From assembly GCA_023246195.1 (NCBI GenBank), contig JAHFIW010000001.1, forward strand, positions 974 through 64,973: a stretch of DNA of 64,000 nucleotides, given 5' to 3'. A model generated the notes under the pieces. That model was not told the origin of the DNA. It saw only the letters and a program-made list of their open reading frames with translations, and did no database searches. Positions 38,337-47,054 of this stretch are shown here, in pieces (position 1 is the first letter of the stretch; each line of letters starts with the position of its first letter). The position numbers and the translations under genes are program-made. Source of the DNA: a bacterium. GTDB lineage: Bacteria > Patescibacteriota > Patescibacteriia > SG8-24.

Positions 38337-39011
38337 ATGAACGTTTCCAAGACTGCAGGGCTCAAAATTTTCGCGACGCTCATCACGACGATGGTCGTCG
38401 CCACCGTCGCCTACGGCATCTCTGTCGCCGGATCGCCATCCGCCTCGCGCGCAAAGACGCTCGATCAGCGCCGTGCCGACGCGCTCACCCAGGTGTCATC
38501 CGCTCTCGACCAGTACTACGCCGATAACTTTGCGCTACCTTCCGCGCTCGACGAGCTCAAAAACTCTCCGAACACCGGTTACGCCGCGTACTCGACAGTG
38601 GACCCGGAAACGCAACAGCCTCTGGAATATCGCACGGTCGATGACCGCACCTACGAGCTCTGCGCCACGTTCGCGTTCCCTTCACAAAATTCGAACAACG
38701 CCGGACCCGTAGTCAGCAAACCGATTCCCGTAGGGGCCTATCCCAGTGATCCCATGAACTGGTACGCGCATGCCGCCGGTCACATCTGCCAAACAGGCAA
38801 TGCCGCGCAGCGCGCACCCTACCAGTACTGCGGCAGCGGCGCGGGCCTGAACGCCTGCCCGGGCGACGCCTCCTGCATGCAGCTGCCGGGAAGGAATGGC
38901 GCCATCTGCGTCAAGAACGGCAGGGAGTGCTTCGCCGCAGGCTGCGGCGAAGGCCAATGCGTAACCGACAAGAGCCTGCCACCGCAAGTGAGCTGCAAAC
39001 GAGCGCAATAA
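38337..39011 (+). CDS. Pilin-like secreted protein with a Cys-rich C-terminal domain and a non-canonical N-terminus.
   Basis: The N-terminal hydrophobic helix is followed by RRADALTQVSSALDQYYADNFALPSALDEL, which resembles the post-helix region of type IV pilins and pseudopilins. 12 Cys occur in the last about 90 aa. No canonical G-FTLIE prepilin site. Confidence 0.5.
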   Translation: MNVSKTAGLKIFATLITTMVVATVAYGISVAGSPSASRAKTLDQRRADALTQVSSALDQYYADNFALPSALDELKNSPNTGYAAYSTVDPETQQPLEYRTVDDRTYELCATFAFPSQNSNNAGPVVSKPIPVGAYPSDPMNWYAHAAGHICQTGNAAQRAPYQYCGSGAGLNACPGDASCMQLPGRNGAICVKNGRECFAAGCGEGQCVTDKSLPPQVSCKRAQ

Positions 39012-39119
39012 CTCGACCGACAAAAGCGCCAAGCGCGAGTTCCTGATTACGACGCCCTCCGCCTTGGGGGGTTTTCTTTTTACGCGAATGATGCTACGAA
39101 GAGTCCAAAGGAAGGTCCC

Positions 39120-39473
39120 ATGCTCTTTTACTCAAACGGAACCGAACGTAACGTGCTGATGACGCTCGACTACCTCGAGGTCGCGGTCATCCTGCTGTCC
39201 AAGCCCTCCGCGGCGCTCGATCCGGATTTTGACAAACGCCATGCCTGGGCGCGTTTCGTAAGCGAAGCCATGCAGACGCGCGGGAAAATCCACCTCATCG
39301 TCATTGCCGACAAGGGAGATGCCTCGTTGCACGGGTTCCGCGGACCGCTCAACGCGCTGCCCGAACCGTATCGCGCCCGCACCATGGCAGCGCTGGCGGC
39401 CATCGCCGCGATGTTCATCCATGCGCCGTTCACCGAACGACTCGACTGCATCGGCGAGAATGCCACGCCTTAA
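39120..39473 (+). CDS. Hypothetical protein.
   Basis: 117-aa ORF followed by a terminator. Confidence 0.4.
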   Translation: MLFYSNGTERNVLMTLDYLEVAVILLSKPSAALDPDFDKRHAWARFVSEAMQTRGKIHLIVIADKGDASLHGFRGPLNALPEPYRARTMAALAAIAAMFIHAPFTERLDCIGENATP

Positions 39474-39503
39474 AAACGGACCCCGAGAGGTCCGCTTTTT
39501 TAT
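39472..39503. terminator. Bidirectional rho-independent terminator.
   Basis: cggaccccgagaggtccg flanked by aaaaa and cttttttatt. Confidence 0.65.
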
Positions 39504-39509
39504 TCGCCG

Positions 39510-40664
39510 CTAGCCGAAAGTGAAGGCATAACATTCCACGCCCGCATCGCTGAACTGCAGCCGCAGGATGTGCGTACCATATTGCCCCCTGGTATCGATC
39601 AGGCTGTACAGCCGTTGGCCGGAAACGTCCACGTAGGTTTTGCCGCCGTCCTCGATGACGTCGCCGCCGCGCATGCCGGAAGGCACCGGCTTACCGTCGA
39701 GCGTGACTTCGGCCCTGACGGTCTTACCTCCTCCGCCCATCACCAAGTTCGCGTTAGAGGCGTTGAAGTCGTAGACGACGGCTCCCCCGGCCCGCGACAG
39801 CACGCCTTTCTCGGACTGGATGTTCCAAGTGCCGTCGAGCGCAAACATGTTGGGGCGGAGCGGATCGGGCACGGAATAGCGGCCATCCGCATCCCTGACC
39901 ACGCGCTCGGGACTTCCGAAATATTCCTGACGCTTGTAGCCCACGTAGGTCTCCGGCGAACCGATTTTCTGAAAGTCGATGGCCGTGGGAACCTGCGTCA
40001 CCGGCACGTCGGCATGTTTACCGGCTTCCGCCAGCAGCAGCTGAATGTCATGCTCGGTCTCGTCGTAGGCCCCTTCGCCGAAGTGAGTCTCGCGCAATTT
40101 TCCACTCGCGTCGAAGAGGTAGTGCGCGGGCCAATATTGATTGCCATAGTTGTTCCAAGTGCCGTAGTCGTTGTCGAGCGCGACCGGATAATCGATGCCA
40201 TTGCGCTTAAGCGCGTCACGGACGTTGCCCAAGACCTTCTCGAAGGCGAACTCCGGCGTATGCACGCCCACTACCACGAACCCCTTATCCTTGTACTTCT
40301 CGTACCACGAAGTCACGTACGGCAGCGTGCGGATGCAGTTGATGCAGGAATAGGTCCAAAAATCGATCAGTACCACCTTGCCCTTGAGCGATTCGGGAGT
40401 AAGCGCGTCGGAATTGAGCCAGGCATTAATGCCAGCAAAAGGCGGCATGGCATCAGCCAGCACAGGCAGCGCCTCCTTGCTCCCCGCAGTCAACTTGGAA
40501 ATGCCGGACGACGTGTCGAATGCCCCAACCCGAGACAGGTTGCCGAGATTGGCATCGGTCGCGCGCAAACGCGAATCGACCACGAAGGCCAGCGCCGCCA
40601 ATGCGGCAAACGCCACGACGCCGATGAGGACTGCGGTCTTTATTTTTTGCGCTGAGGTGCTCAT
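39510..40664 (-). CDS. Membrane-anchored thiol-disulfide oxidoreductase (TlpA/ResA-like thioredoxin domain plus a C-terminal beta-rich domain; DipZ C-terminal-part-like).
   Basis: LKGKVVLIDFWTYSCINCIRTLPYV carries a CxxC. The start is the ATG at 40664, overlapping the ccdA stop as ATGA. Confidence 0.75.
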   Translation of the reverse strand: MSTSAQKIKTAVLIGVVAFAALAALAFVVDSRLRATDANLGNLSRVGAFDTSSGISKLTAGSKEALPVLADAMPPFAGINAWLNSDALTPESLKGKVVLIDFWTYSCINCIRTLPYVTSWYEKYKDKGFVVVGVHTPEFAFEKVLGNVRDALKRNGIDYPVALDNDYGTWNNYGNQYWPAHYLFDASGKLRETHFGEGAYDETEHDIQLLLAEAGKHADVPVTQVPTAIDFQKIGSPETYVGYKRQEYFGSPERVVRDADGRYSVPDPLRPNMFALDGTWNIQSEKGVLSRAGGAVVYDFNASNANLVMGGGGKTVRAEVTLDGKPVPSGMRGGDVIEDGGKTYVDVSGQRLYSLIDTRGQYGTHILRLQFSDAGVECYAFTFG

Positions 40665-41374
40665 AGGTTGCCAGTGAATGACGATGGGTAGAATCGGATC
40701 AGCCACGTCTGGAAAGCGATGTCGTAGCCGGTAAGAATCAGGATTGCCATGGCGACCACCAGGACGCCAAAGACCTTATTGAGGATCGACTGCCATTTTC
40801 CGAAGGCCCTCAGCTTGCGCTGCAGCGCATTGCCGCCGTAAGCGATACCGAGCATCGGCAGGCCGGCGCCGAGCGCGTAAGCGAATAACAGCAACAACGT
40901 GGTCACGTAATCAGGATTACGGCTGGCGAGCGTGAGAATGGATCCGAGGATGGGGCCGGCGCAAGGCGTCCAAATGAGGCCAAGAGAGGCACCGACAAGC
41001 ACTCCGGACATGGCGTCAGTGCGCTTTGCCGCGTCACCGGACAACCTGCCGCTCCATCGTGCCAAAACCGGCTGCAGTTTCACCATCGCTTTCTCGTAGG
41101 TCTTCTCAAAAAGCAACGCGAGTCCGAAGACCAGCAGCAGTACCACCGCAACCGCGCGCAACGCCGAATTGCTCACGCCTAAGAACGTGCCGAAAGTCGC
41201 CAGCGCCGCACCGACCAGACTGAAGCTGCCCACGAACCCGACGATGATCATCAGCGGACGAAGCTTCGACTTGCCGCCGCTGGTTCCCAGCAGGAACGGC
41301 AACAACGGCAAGATGCAGGGCGCAAGGATAGTGAGGAACCCGGCGGCAATGGCCAGAAAAAATATGCTGTGCAT
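40661..41374 (-). CDS. ccdA: Cytochrome c-type biogenesis / disulfide transporter CcdA (DsbD-like TM domain).
   Basis: N-terminus MHSIFFLAIAAGFLTILAPCILPLLPFLLG, 6 TM helices, and a second Cys in LIWTPCAGPILGS. Confidence 0.75.
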   Translation of the reverse strand: MHSIFFLAIAAGFLTILAPCILPLLPFLLGTSGGKSKLRPLMIIVGFVGSFSLVGAALATFGTFLGVSNSALRAVAVVLLLVFGLALLFEKTYEKAMVKLQPVLARWSGRLSGDAAKRTDAMSGVLVGASLGLIWTPCAGPILGSILTLASRNPDYVTTLLLLFAYALGAGLPMLGIAYGGNALQRKLRAFGKWQSILNKVFGVLVVAMAILILTGYDIAFQTWLIRFYPSSFTGNL

Positions 41375-41448
41375 GCGTCATTCTGCGATAAAAAAAATGC
41401 CACTACTTCACGTAAGGCACTATACCACATCGACTGCGGTCATTATCG

Positions 41449-41964
41449 TCACGTCGCCTGCAAATAGCGCGTCGCACCGACGAACAACAGGCCGACGATG
41501 ACGGCCGTGGCTATCCAAGGGATCGGCATCTTGCGCTCGGCATGCTTGTCGGCCCTCCAGGCCAAGACGAGGATGATCAGCATCAGCGCCTTCGAAGCTT
41601 CGCAAAACGGGCAGATGGTGCCCAAATCGCGGACCTCGATAAGCGAAAGGTTGACGCCGAAGACCAGTGAAAAAACGGTGAACGCCTGAATGACGCGATA
41701 CGACTGCGGCAGGAACTTCTTGTAGGCCAGCGCGAAAATCGTGATGAAATAGGCCAGGCCGAGGAAGGACAACGGCACTCCCAGTATTTCGGAATAGATG
41801 CTCTTATTGACGATCTCGCACGACACGCCGGCCCCGAAATTGCAGATCGAACCGTCGGTAACCTTGAAGTGCAGATACGCCAAATAGCCCATGAACGCCA
41901 GGCCAAGGCCGCACAGCACCATGAGCATCTTGTCGATTTTGGTCAACGTGGAGGGAGTTTTCAT
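41449..41964 (-). CDS. Vitamin K epoxide reductase (VKOR)-family disulfide oxidoreductase, a DsbB analog.
   Basis: TM protein with a GSICNFGAGVSCE loop and a CPFC active-site motif (GTICPFCEAS). Confidence 0.65.
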   Translation of the reverse strand: MKTPSTLTKIDKMLMVLCGLGLAFMGYLAYLHFKVTDGSICNFGAGVSCEIVNKSIYSEILGVPLSFLGLAYFITIFALAYKKFLPQSYRVIQAFTVFSLVFGVNLSLIEVRDLGTICPFCEASKALMLIILVLAWRADKHAERKMPIPWIATAVIVGLLFVGATRYLQAT

Positions 41965-42109
41965 ACGATATGCATCGTCAGCACGATACCACAAAATCAC
42001 GATTTTGTCGAGCTCCCCGACAGCCGGCGCTTGCGCCGAGCACAACGGTCGTCTAGGCTGAATTCAGACGCTCATTGACCATTGATGGCCCCGCGCAAGG
42101 AGACGAGTC

Positions 42110-42415
42110 TTGAAAGCGAAAAAAATCCTCCTGTACAACAGCACGACGAGCGTGCTGCACGTGCAGGCCTTCGTCGAGGACGGCACGTTCCTGATCATCC
42201 TGTTCCGACAGCTGCCCTTGGGACGATGCAAATCAATCCCGCAAGGCGCAACGGCATCGTATCAGATCAACGAAGCGATTCGGGAATGTCTCTCGGTCGC
42301 GCAACGCCTGAACTACGACGTGCAGAACCGCGCGGGAGAAAGGCTCTTCTCCGAGGCGCATCCCGACAAGAGGCTCGAAGCCATCGTCATCACCATCACG
42401 ACCGAGGGGAACTGA
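42110..42415 (+). CDS. Small hypothetical protein, paralog 1 of a tandem trio.
   Basis: 101 aa. TTG start with the RBS aaggaga 6 nt upstream. Similar to ORF 42771-43049. Confidence 0.5.
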   Translation: MKAKKILLYNSTTSVLHVQAFVEDGTFLIILFRQLPLGRCKSIPQGATASYQINEAIRECLSVAQRLNYDVQNRAGERLFSEAHPDKRLEAIVITITTEGN

Positions 42416-42744
42416 TGATGCACGTCACCATCGAAAACGCGCTGGACGTGTTCGTGCACGTGCTGGTCTTGCGGCAGATGCCGCTCTCGGTCGAGATCGT
42501 GATTTCTTCCGAGAAGCATTTTTCGCTCCTCGGCGAAATCCTCTTTCAGGAATGTCTGCAACCCGGAAAGGCCCTGGCCCTGCGGAACTTCGATGACCGG
42601 ACCCGGTTCGCCGCCAAGATTCAGGGATTCATCGGATTCACGATCGATGCGACCATGCGCGAAGGACGCGATCAAGAACAAGGCGAATGTTTCACGCTGA
42701 CTCTGCGCGGGCTAAAGCCGGCCGACACCCAAACCGTTCATTAA
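42415..42744 (+). CDS. Small hypothetical protein, member 2 of the tandem trio.
   Basis: 110 aa from ATGATG at 42415. Its start overlaps the previous stop (TGATG). Confidence 0.45.
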   Translation: MMHVTIENALDVFVHVLVLRQMPLSVEIVISSEKHFSLLGEILFQECLQPGKALALRNFDDRTRFAAKIQGFIGFTIDATMREGRDQEQGECFTLTLRGLKPADTQTVH

Positions 42745-42770
42745 AACGACCGCGGAGAAAGGAGACTCTC

Positions 42771-43049
42771 ATGCGATTCTTCGCCATCAACGCGACCGGC
42801 AAGACCGTCCACGTGCGGCTGGACCGTAACGCCGAGGACTCGCTCGTGCTGACGGTCAGCGTGCGAAAGCTGGAGGACCGGCGACGGCCCATTTCGACCT
42901 ACGTGCTGGTAACCAACATGCCGGTGCATATCGCCTACCTTGACGACCGGACGGCGTGCGGGCTTTTGAACCCTGAGGGCCTCAAACTTCAGACGTTCAT
43001 CGACAACGACAAGGACATGATCCTCAAGATCATCGGATTCGTAAACTGA
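42771..43049 (+). CDS. Small hypothetical protein, paralog 3 of the tandem trio.
   Basis: 92 aa. ATG preceded by the RBS aaaggaga. MRFFAINATGKTVHVRLDRNAEDSLVLTVSVRKL aligns with KILLYNSTTSVLHVQAFVEDGTFLIILFRQL of ORF 1. Confidence 0.55.
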   Translation: MRFFAINATGKTVHVRLDRNAEDSLVLTVSVRKLEDRRRPISTYVLVTNMPVHIAYLDDRTACGLLNPEGLKLQTFIDNDKDMILKIIGFVN

Positions 43050-43054
43050 CTGAC

Positions 43055-43082
43055 CGCAGCATCACGCTGCGGCCTTTTTTTT
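43055..43082 (+). terminator. Rho-independent terminator between the small-ORF trio and glyA.
   Basis: ccgcagcatcacgctgcgg followed by cctttttttt. Confidence 0.65.
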
Positions 43083-43127
43083 ACGCCCGTGAAGCGCTAC
43101 ACTGAACGGACATTCACTTCCACGACC

Positions 43128-44405
43128 ATGTTCGAACACCTTTCCGTCGAAGACCCCGAAATCGCCGATGCCATCCGGGGAGAGATCACCCGCCAAAAGA
43201 ACGGCTTGGAGATGATCGCCTCCGAAAACATCGTCTCGCTTTCGGTGCTTGAAGCGCTGGGCACGCCGCTCACCAACAAGTATTCCGAAGGCTATCCCGG
43301 CAAGCGCTATTACGGCGGCAATGCGTTCATCGACGTCATCGAGAACGCGGCCATCGTGCGCGCACGAAGGCTGTTCGGCGCCGAACATGCCAACGTCCAG
43401 CCGCACTCCGGCTCCGCGGCAAACGCCGCGGCCTATTTCGCGCTCGCCGACCACGGCGACACCATCCTGGCACTCGACCTCGCCCATGGCGGACACCTCA
43501 CTCACGGCAGCGCCGTGAACTTTTCCGGACGGCAGTATCGCATGGTCCACTACGGCGTACGCAAGGACGACGAACGGATCGACATGCGGGAAGTTCGCAT
43601 TTTGGCACTCAAGGAAAGGCCCAAAATCATCGTGGCGGGCTACACCGCCTACTCGCGCCAGCTCGACTTCGCCGCCTTCCGCAAGATTGCCGACGAAGTA
43701 GGAGCCTACCTGATGGTCGACATGGCGCACTTCGCCGGTCTCGTGGCCGCGCGCCTGCATCCTGATCCGATCCCGCACGCGGACGTGGTCACCGCGACGA
43801 CGCACAAGACTTTGCGCGGTCCGCGCGGCGGACTCATCCTCTGCACGTCCGCCGACCGACTCCGCCCCAACGACAAGAAGACCTTGGCCCAGCGCATCGA
43901 CAGCGCCGTGTTCCCCGGCATGCAGGGCGGACCGCTGGATCACGTCATCGCCGCCAAAGCCGTAGCCTTCAAGGAAGCGCTCGACCCCACTTTCGTGGAT
44001 TACCAGCGCCGCACCATCGACAACGCCCGCGCATTGGCCGAGGGCCTGACCAGCCAAGGCTTGCGCATCGTCACCGGCGGCACCGACAACCACCTCGTCC
44101 TGGTCGACCTTTCACCGCTGGGCATAGGCGGCAAGGCGGCCGAAGAAGCGCTGGACGAAGTAGGTATCGCCGCCAACAAGAACCTGATCCCCTTCGACGC
44201 CCGCAAACCCACCGACCCGTCCGGTCTCCGCCTAGGCACTCCCGCACTGACCACCCGCGGCTGCGACGAGGGCGACATGGTGCTGATAGCCGCGATGATC
44301 GGCCGAGTGCTGACCTCGCCAGGTCATGCCGCCATGAAGGCCGACGTGGCGGCGGCGGTCCGTGAACTTGCCGCACGCAGGCCGATATACTCCAGCCTAC
44401 GCTAA
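43128..44405 (+). CDS. glyA: Serine hydroxymethyltransferase
   Basis: 425 aa from [16 protein letters not shown]. Has the PLP-binding region and a typical SHMT sequence throughout. Confidence 0.95.
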   Translation: MFEHLSVEDPEIADAIRGEITRQKNGLEMIASENIVSLSVLEALGTPLTNKYSEGYPGKRYYGGNAFIDVIENAAIVRARRLFGAEHANVQPHSGSAANAAAYFALADHGDTILALDLAHGGHLTHGSAVNFSGRQYRMVHYGVRKDDERIDMREVRILALKERPKIIVAGYTAYSRQLDFAAFRKIADEVGAYLMVDMAHFAGLVAARLHPDPIPHADVVTATTHKTLRGPRGGLILCTSADRLRPNDKKTLAQRIDSAVFPGMQGGPLDHVIAAKAVAFKEALDPTFVDYQRRTIDNARALAEGLTSQGLRIVTGGTDNHLVLVDLSPLGIGGKAAEEALDEVGIAANKNLIPFDARKPTDPSGLRLGTPALTTRGCDEGDMVLIAAMIGRVLTSPGHAAMKADVAAAVRELAARRPIYSSLR

Positions 44406-44417
44406 TCACCCCCCCAG

Positions 44418-45044
44418 ATGTCCGCAAAGCTGATCGACGGAAAATCCCTTGCCGCCGGCATCATCGCACGCGCCAAGCGCGACTGCGCCGATCTCGGCTA
44501 CTCGCCGACGCTCGCAGCGGTGATCGTCGGCGACGATCCGGCCTCTCAACAATACGTGCGGCTCAAGGAAAAAGCCTGCCGAGAATCCGGCGTGCATTTT
44601 GAGCGCCTGTCATTCGCCGCCGACGCGAAAATCAACTTGGTCGTGCGGGCCGTCGAGAACCTCAACCGCCGCCAGGATGTGGACGGCATCTTGGTGCAAC
44701 TCCCCCTGCCGAACCACCTCGACGAGCGCGTCATCATTCAGACCATCGATCCAGAAAAAGACGCCGACGGCTTCCATCCGAACAACGTGCACGCGCTCGC
44801 GAACGGTTCGCCGCGCCTGGTGCCGGGACTGGCCGCGGGAATTCTGGCGCTCATCAAATCGACGGGCGAATCGCTGCGCGGAAAACGCGCCGTCGTGGTC
44901 GCCAACAGCAAGATATTTTTTGAACCGCTTTCCGTCGTACTCGGCTCCGCCGGCATCGAAGCGAGTTACGCGCGTCCCGACGAGGCCTCGCAGCGAACGC
45001 GCCAGGCGGACATCGTGGTGATGGCCGTCAGCCGACCTGTCTAG
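44418..45044 (+). CDS. folD: FolD-like methylenetetrahydrofolate dehydrogenase/cyclohydrolase, C-terminally truncated (possible pseudogene or remnant).
   Basis: 208 aa aligns to FolD residues 1 to about 210 (GILVQLPLP..., DGFHPNNV...). It ends right after the ADIVVMAVSRP (ADLLIVAVGKP-equivalent) position and lacks the last about 75 aa. The stop overlaps the convergent permease gene. Confidence 0.6.
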   Translation: MSAKLIDGKSLAAGIIARAKRDCADLGYSPTLAAVIVGDDPASQQYVRLKEKACRESGVHFERLSFAADAKINLVVRAVENLNRRQDVDGILVQLPLPNHLDERVIIQTIDPEKDADGFHPNNVHALANGSPRLVPGLAAGILALIKSTGESLRGKRAVVVANSKIFFEPLSVVLGSAGIEASYARPDEASQRTRQADIVVMAVSRPV

Positions 45045-46195
45045 ATGAGTTTGCCGACCAATCGCGCGAGGGTAAGCAGCGCACCGATCGCGAGCAAGAC
45101 GATGGAAACGTAAGCGACCCAAACGGGCACGCCTAATGGCTTTTCAGTCACCTTGTGCTTTTTGGTGACGGCAACGTACAGCAAAGCCACCATGATGGCG
45201 CTCGTGCCGCTAAAAACCGCCCCCGTGAAGCTGATGACCGTCACGAAGTCCTTCATCCCCAACAGCAACAGCGTGAAAGGCGGCAAGACGGTCAACGACC
45301 ACGACCAAAATCTTGAGAGCTTGTAGTCGTATCGAAAGGTGCTTTGCAAATTGATGGCGCTGGCGAAAAACGCCGCCGTCACGGCCAATAATCCGGCAAT
45401 CGCTCCCGCCACGGCTATGGCAGGACCGAGCACGGACTGCAGGCCCCTCACGGCCTCGGTCGTCGTGGCGCTGCCGGTGACTCCTAACACCGTAAAGCTG
45501 AACGCCGCAATGAGCGTGGCAGCACTGAGCGTCCCCACGATAACGGCCTTTCGATAATGTTCATGCCTGCCCTTAAGGATGTCTTCCATTTCCAAAATGG
45601 CCGGCAAACCGGAAAGCGAGAACAGGAGAATGCCGTACGGCAACAGCAGGTCATGGCCGGAGACAAGCGGAAGGTAGTTGCTCAGGCGAACGTGCGGCGC
45701 GCCCATCAACAGGATGGCGAACATGGTCATGAGCATGCCGGCGGTCACGACGACGTTGATGCGCGTGACGAAGGCCAAGCCGAAATACACCACGCTCGCG
45801 CCCAGCACCGCCCAGATCATTTGATACATGAGAGGAATGCCGCCCAAGTACGGCGAAAGCAGGCTATGCAAGAACGTGCCGCCGACGATCATGTAAGCGA
45901 GCAACGCGCCCCAAAACCCGAGGATGATGGCCGTTGCCGCCACCTTTTTGAAATGGCGTCCGAGATAGCGTTCTACCAGTCCCACCAACCGCAACGGCTC
46001 GGGACAGGCGATGGCGGCTTCGGCATAATACAGGTGCTGCAACAGCTGTACGCCGGCAAGTACTACCAGATAAAAAATCGACGGCAACGAACCGGCTTTG
46101 GAAAAAGCGTAGGGTACGCCAAAAATGCCCACGCCGACTATCGACCCGATGAGCGTGAGGACCGCCGAGCGGTAAGCCTTTCGGTCTGCATTCAT
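45041..46195 (-). CDS. Amino acid permease (aromatic amino acid/proton symporter-like, about 11 TM helices).
   Basis: 385 aa from MNADRKAYRSAVLTLIGSIVGVGIFGVPYAF. A TATACT -10-like element lies immediately upstream. The longer 577-aa ORF is probably not used. Confidence 0.65.
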   Translation of the reverse strand: MNADRKAYRSAVLTLIGSIVGVGIFGVPYAFSKAGSLPSIFYLVVLAGVQLLQHLYYAEAAIACPEPLRLVGLVERYLGRHFKKVAATAIILGFWGALLAYMIVGGTFLHSLLSPYLGGIPLMYQMIWAVLGASVVYFGLAFVTRINVVVTAGMLMTMFAILLMGAPHVRLSNYLPLVSGHDLLLPYGILLFSLSGLPAILEMEDILKGRHEHYRKAVIVGTLSAATLIAAFSFTVLGVTGSATTTEAVRGLQSVLGPAIAVAGAIAGLLAVTAAFFASAINLQSTFRYDYKLSRFWSWSLTVLPPFTLLLLGMKDFVTVISFTGAVFSGTSAIMVALLYVAVTKKHKVTEKPLGVPVWVAYVSIVLLAIGALLTLARLVGKLI

Positions 46196-46289
46196 TGTCG
46201 CAGTATAGCACGTCGTTCCCATTGACCACCCGCTCTGCCTGGGCATATGCTGACAGCAACGTTCTTTTACCCAAGCACGGAGGTGCAAA

Positions 46290-46901
46290 ATGGGCCTCTT
46301 CAATACCGGAACTGGCGTAGGCCTGCCAATTCTGATGGCTAACGGTTTTTCACCGTTCGCCTTGCCGCTCCATCTGGTGCAACTGGAATACTGGCTGCAC
46401 GGATTTTCGAGCCACGTCATCCCCTTTCGACTGATCGACAACCGCGACGTCAACGCATACGCCCAGCACGTGGCTGATGCGGTCAACGCGCAGTGCGATC
46501 GGCACAAATCGGAGAAGATCAACCTGATGGGAATCAGTCTCGGCGCAGTTGCCGGACTGGCGGCGATCAAACGACTCGGCATCGCCCATCGCGTCGCCAC
46601 CTTCGTGGCCGTCGGCGGACCCATGCTGGGTTCTGACATGGCCTGGGCAGGACTGCCCACCGGCATATTCACGCGCCTCGGCCTGCAGATGCTGCCTGCC
46701 AGCCCCTTCGTGTGCAAGCTCGCGTCGGAGCCGCTGCCTACGGGCCCGCGATATTTGGCGATTGCGGGCTCCAACGACTACATCTGCCCCGTATGGACGG
46801 CGCTCTTTCCGGGCGCGGAAGGCATCGTGCTCAAATTTCATCATTTCGGCACCATCGGCGACCCGAGCATTGTCCGAGCCGTTGTCCCCTATTTGGGCTA
46901 A
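46290..46901 (+). CDS. Alpha/beta-hydrolase, lipase/esterase-like.
   Basis: 203 aa. GISLG is a GxSxG nucleophile elbow. RBS ggaggtg. Confidence 0.55.
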   Translation: MGLFNTGTGVGLPILMANGFSPFALPLHLVQLEYWLHGFSSHVIPFRLIDNRDVNAYAQHVADAVNAQCDRHKSEKINLMGISLGAVAGLAAIKRLGIAHRVATFVAVGGPMLGSDMAWAGLPTGIFTRLGLQMLPASPFVCKLASEPLPTGPRYLAIAGSNDYICPVWTALFPGAEGIVLKFHHFGTIGDPSIVRAVVPYLG

Positions 46902-46905
46902 CGCC

Positions 46906-46932
46906 AGCCTCCTTAAAAAGGGGGCTTTTTTA
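46906..46932 (+). terminator. Probable rho-independent terminator.
   Basis: cctcc-ttaaaaa-ggggg (needs one G:U pair) followed by cttttttatt. Confidence 0.45.
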
Positions 46933-47054
46933 TTACGGCATGGACGATATTAAGGACATGAGAAATCTCACGGATTTCAATACACAGTTTCTCCACTTAT
47001 CGTCCCATATACCGCATTGAAACAAGCCAACACCTCCAGTACAGTGACTCTGTT

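Noticed and set aside
39570-40655. 361-aa plus-strand ORF opposite the TlpA-like gene. Also similar antisense ORFs opposite glyA (43062-44093), GMC (22526-23665), murF (27908-28975), ftsI (29279-30568), uvrA (58848-60308), uvrB (61644-63803) and the 527-aa gene (52625-54046).
   Set aside because: All are long antisense open frames inside recognised genes, a GC-bias artefact.
45041-46774. Longer 577-aa form of the permease ORF.
   Set aside because: The N-terminal 190 residues are non-membrane, low-complexity sequence. A TATACT -10-like element and the conserved permease N-terminus support the internal ATG at 46195.
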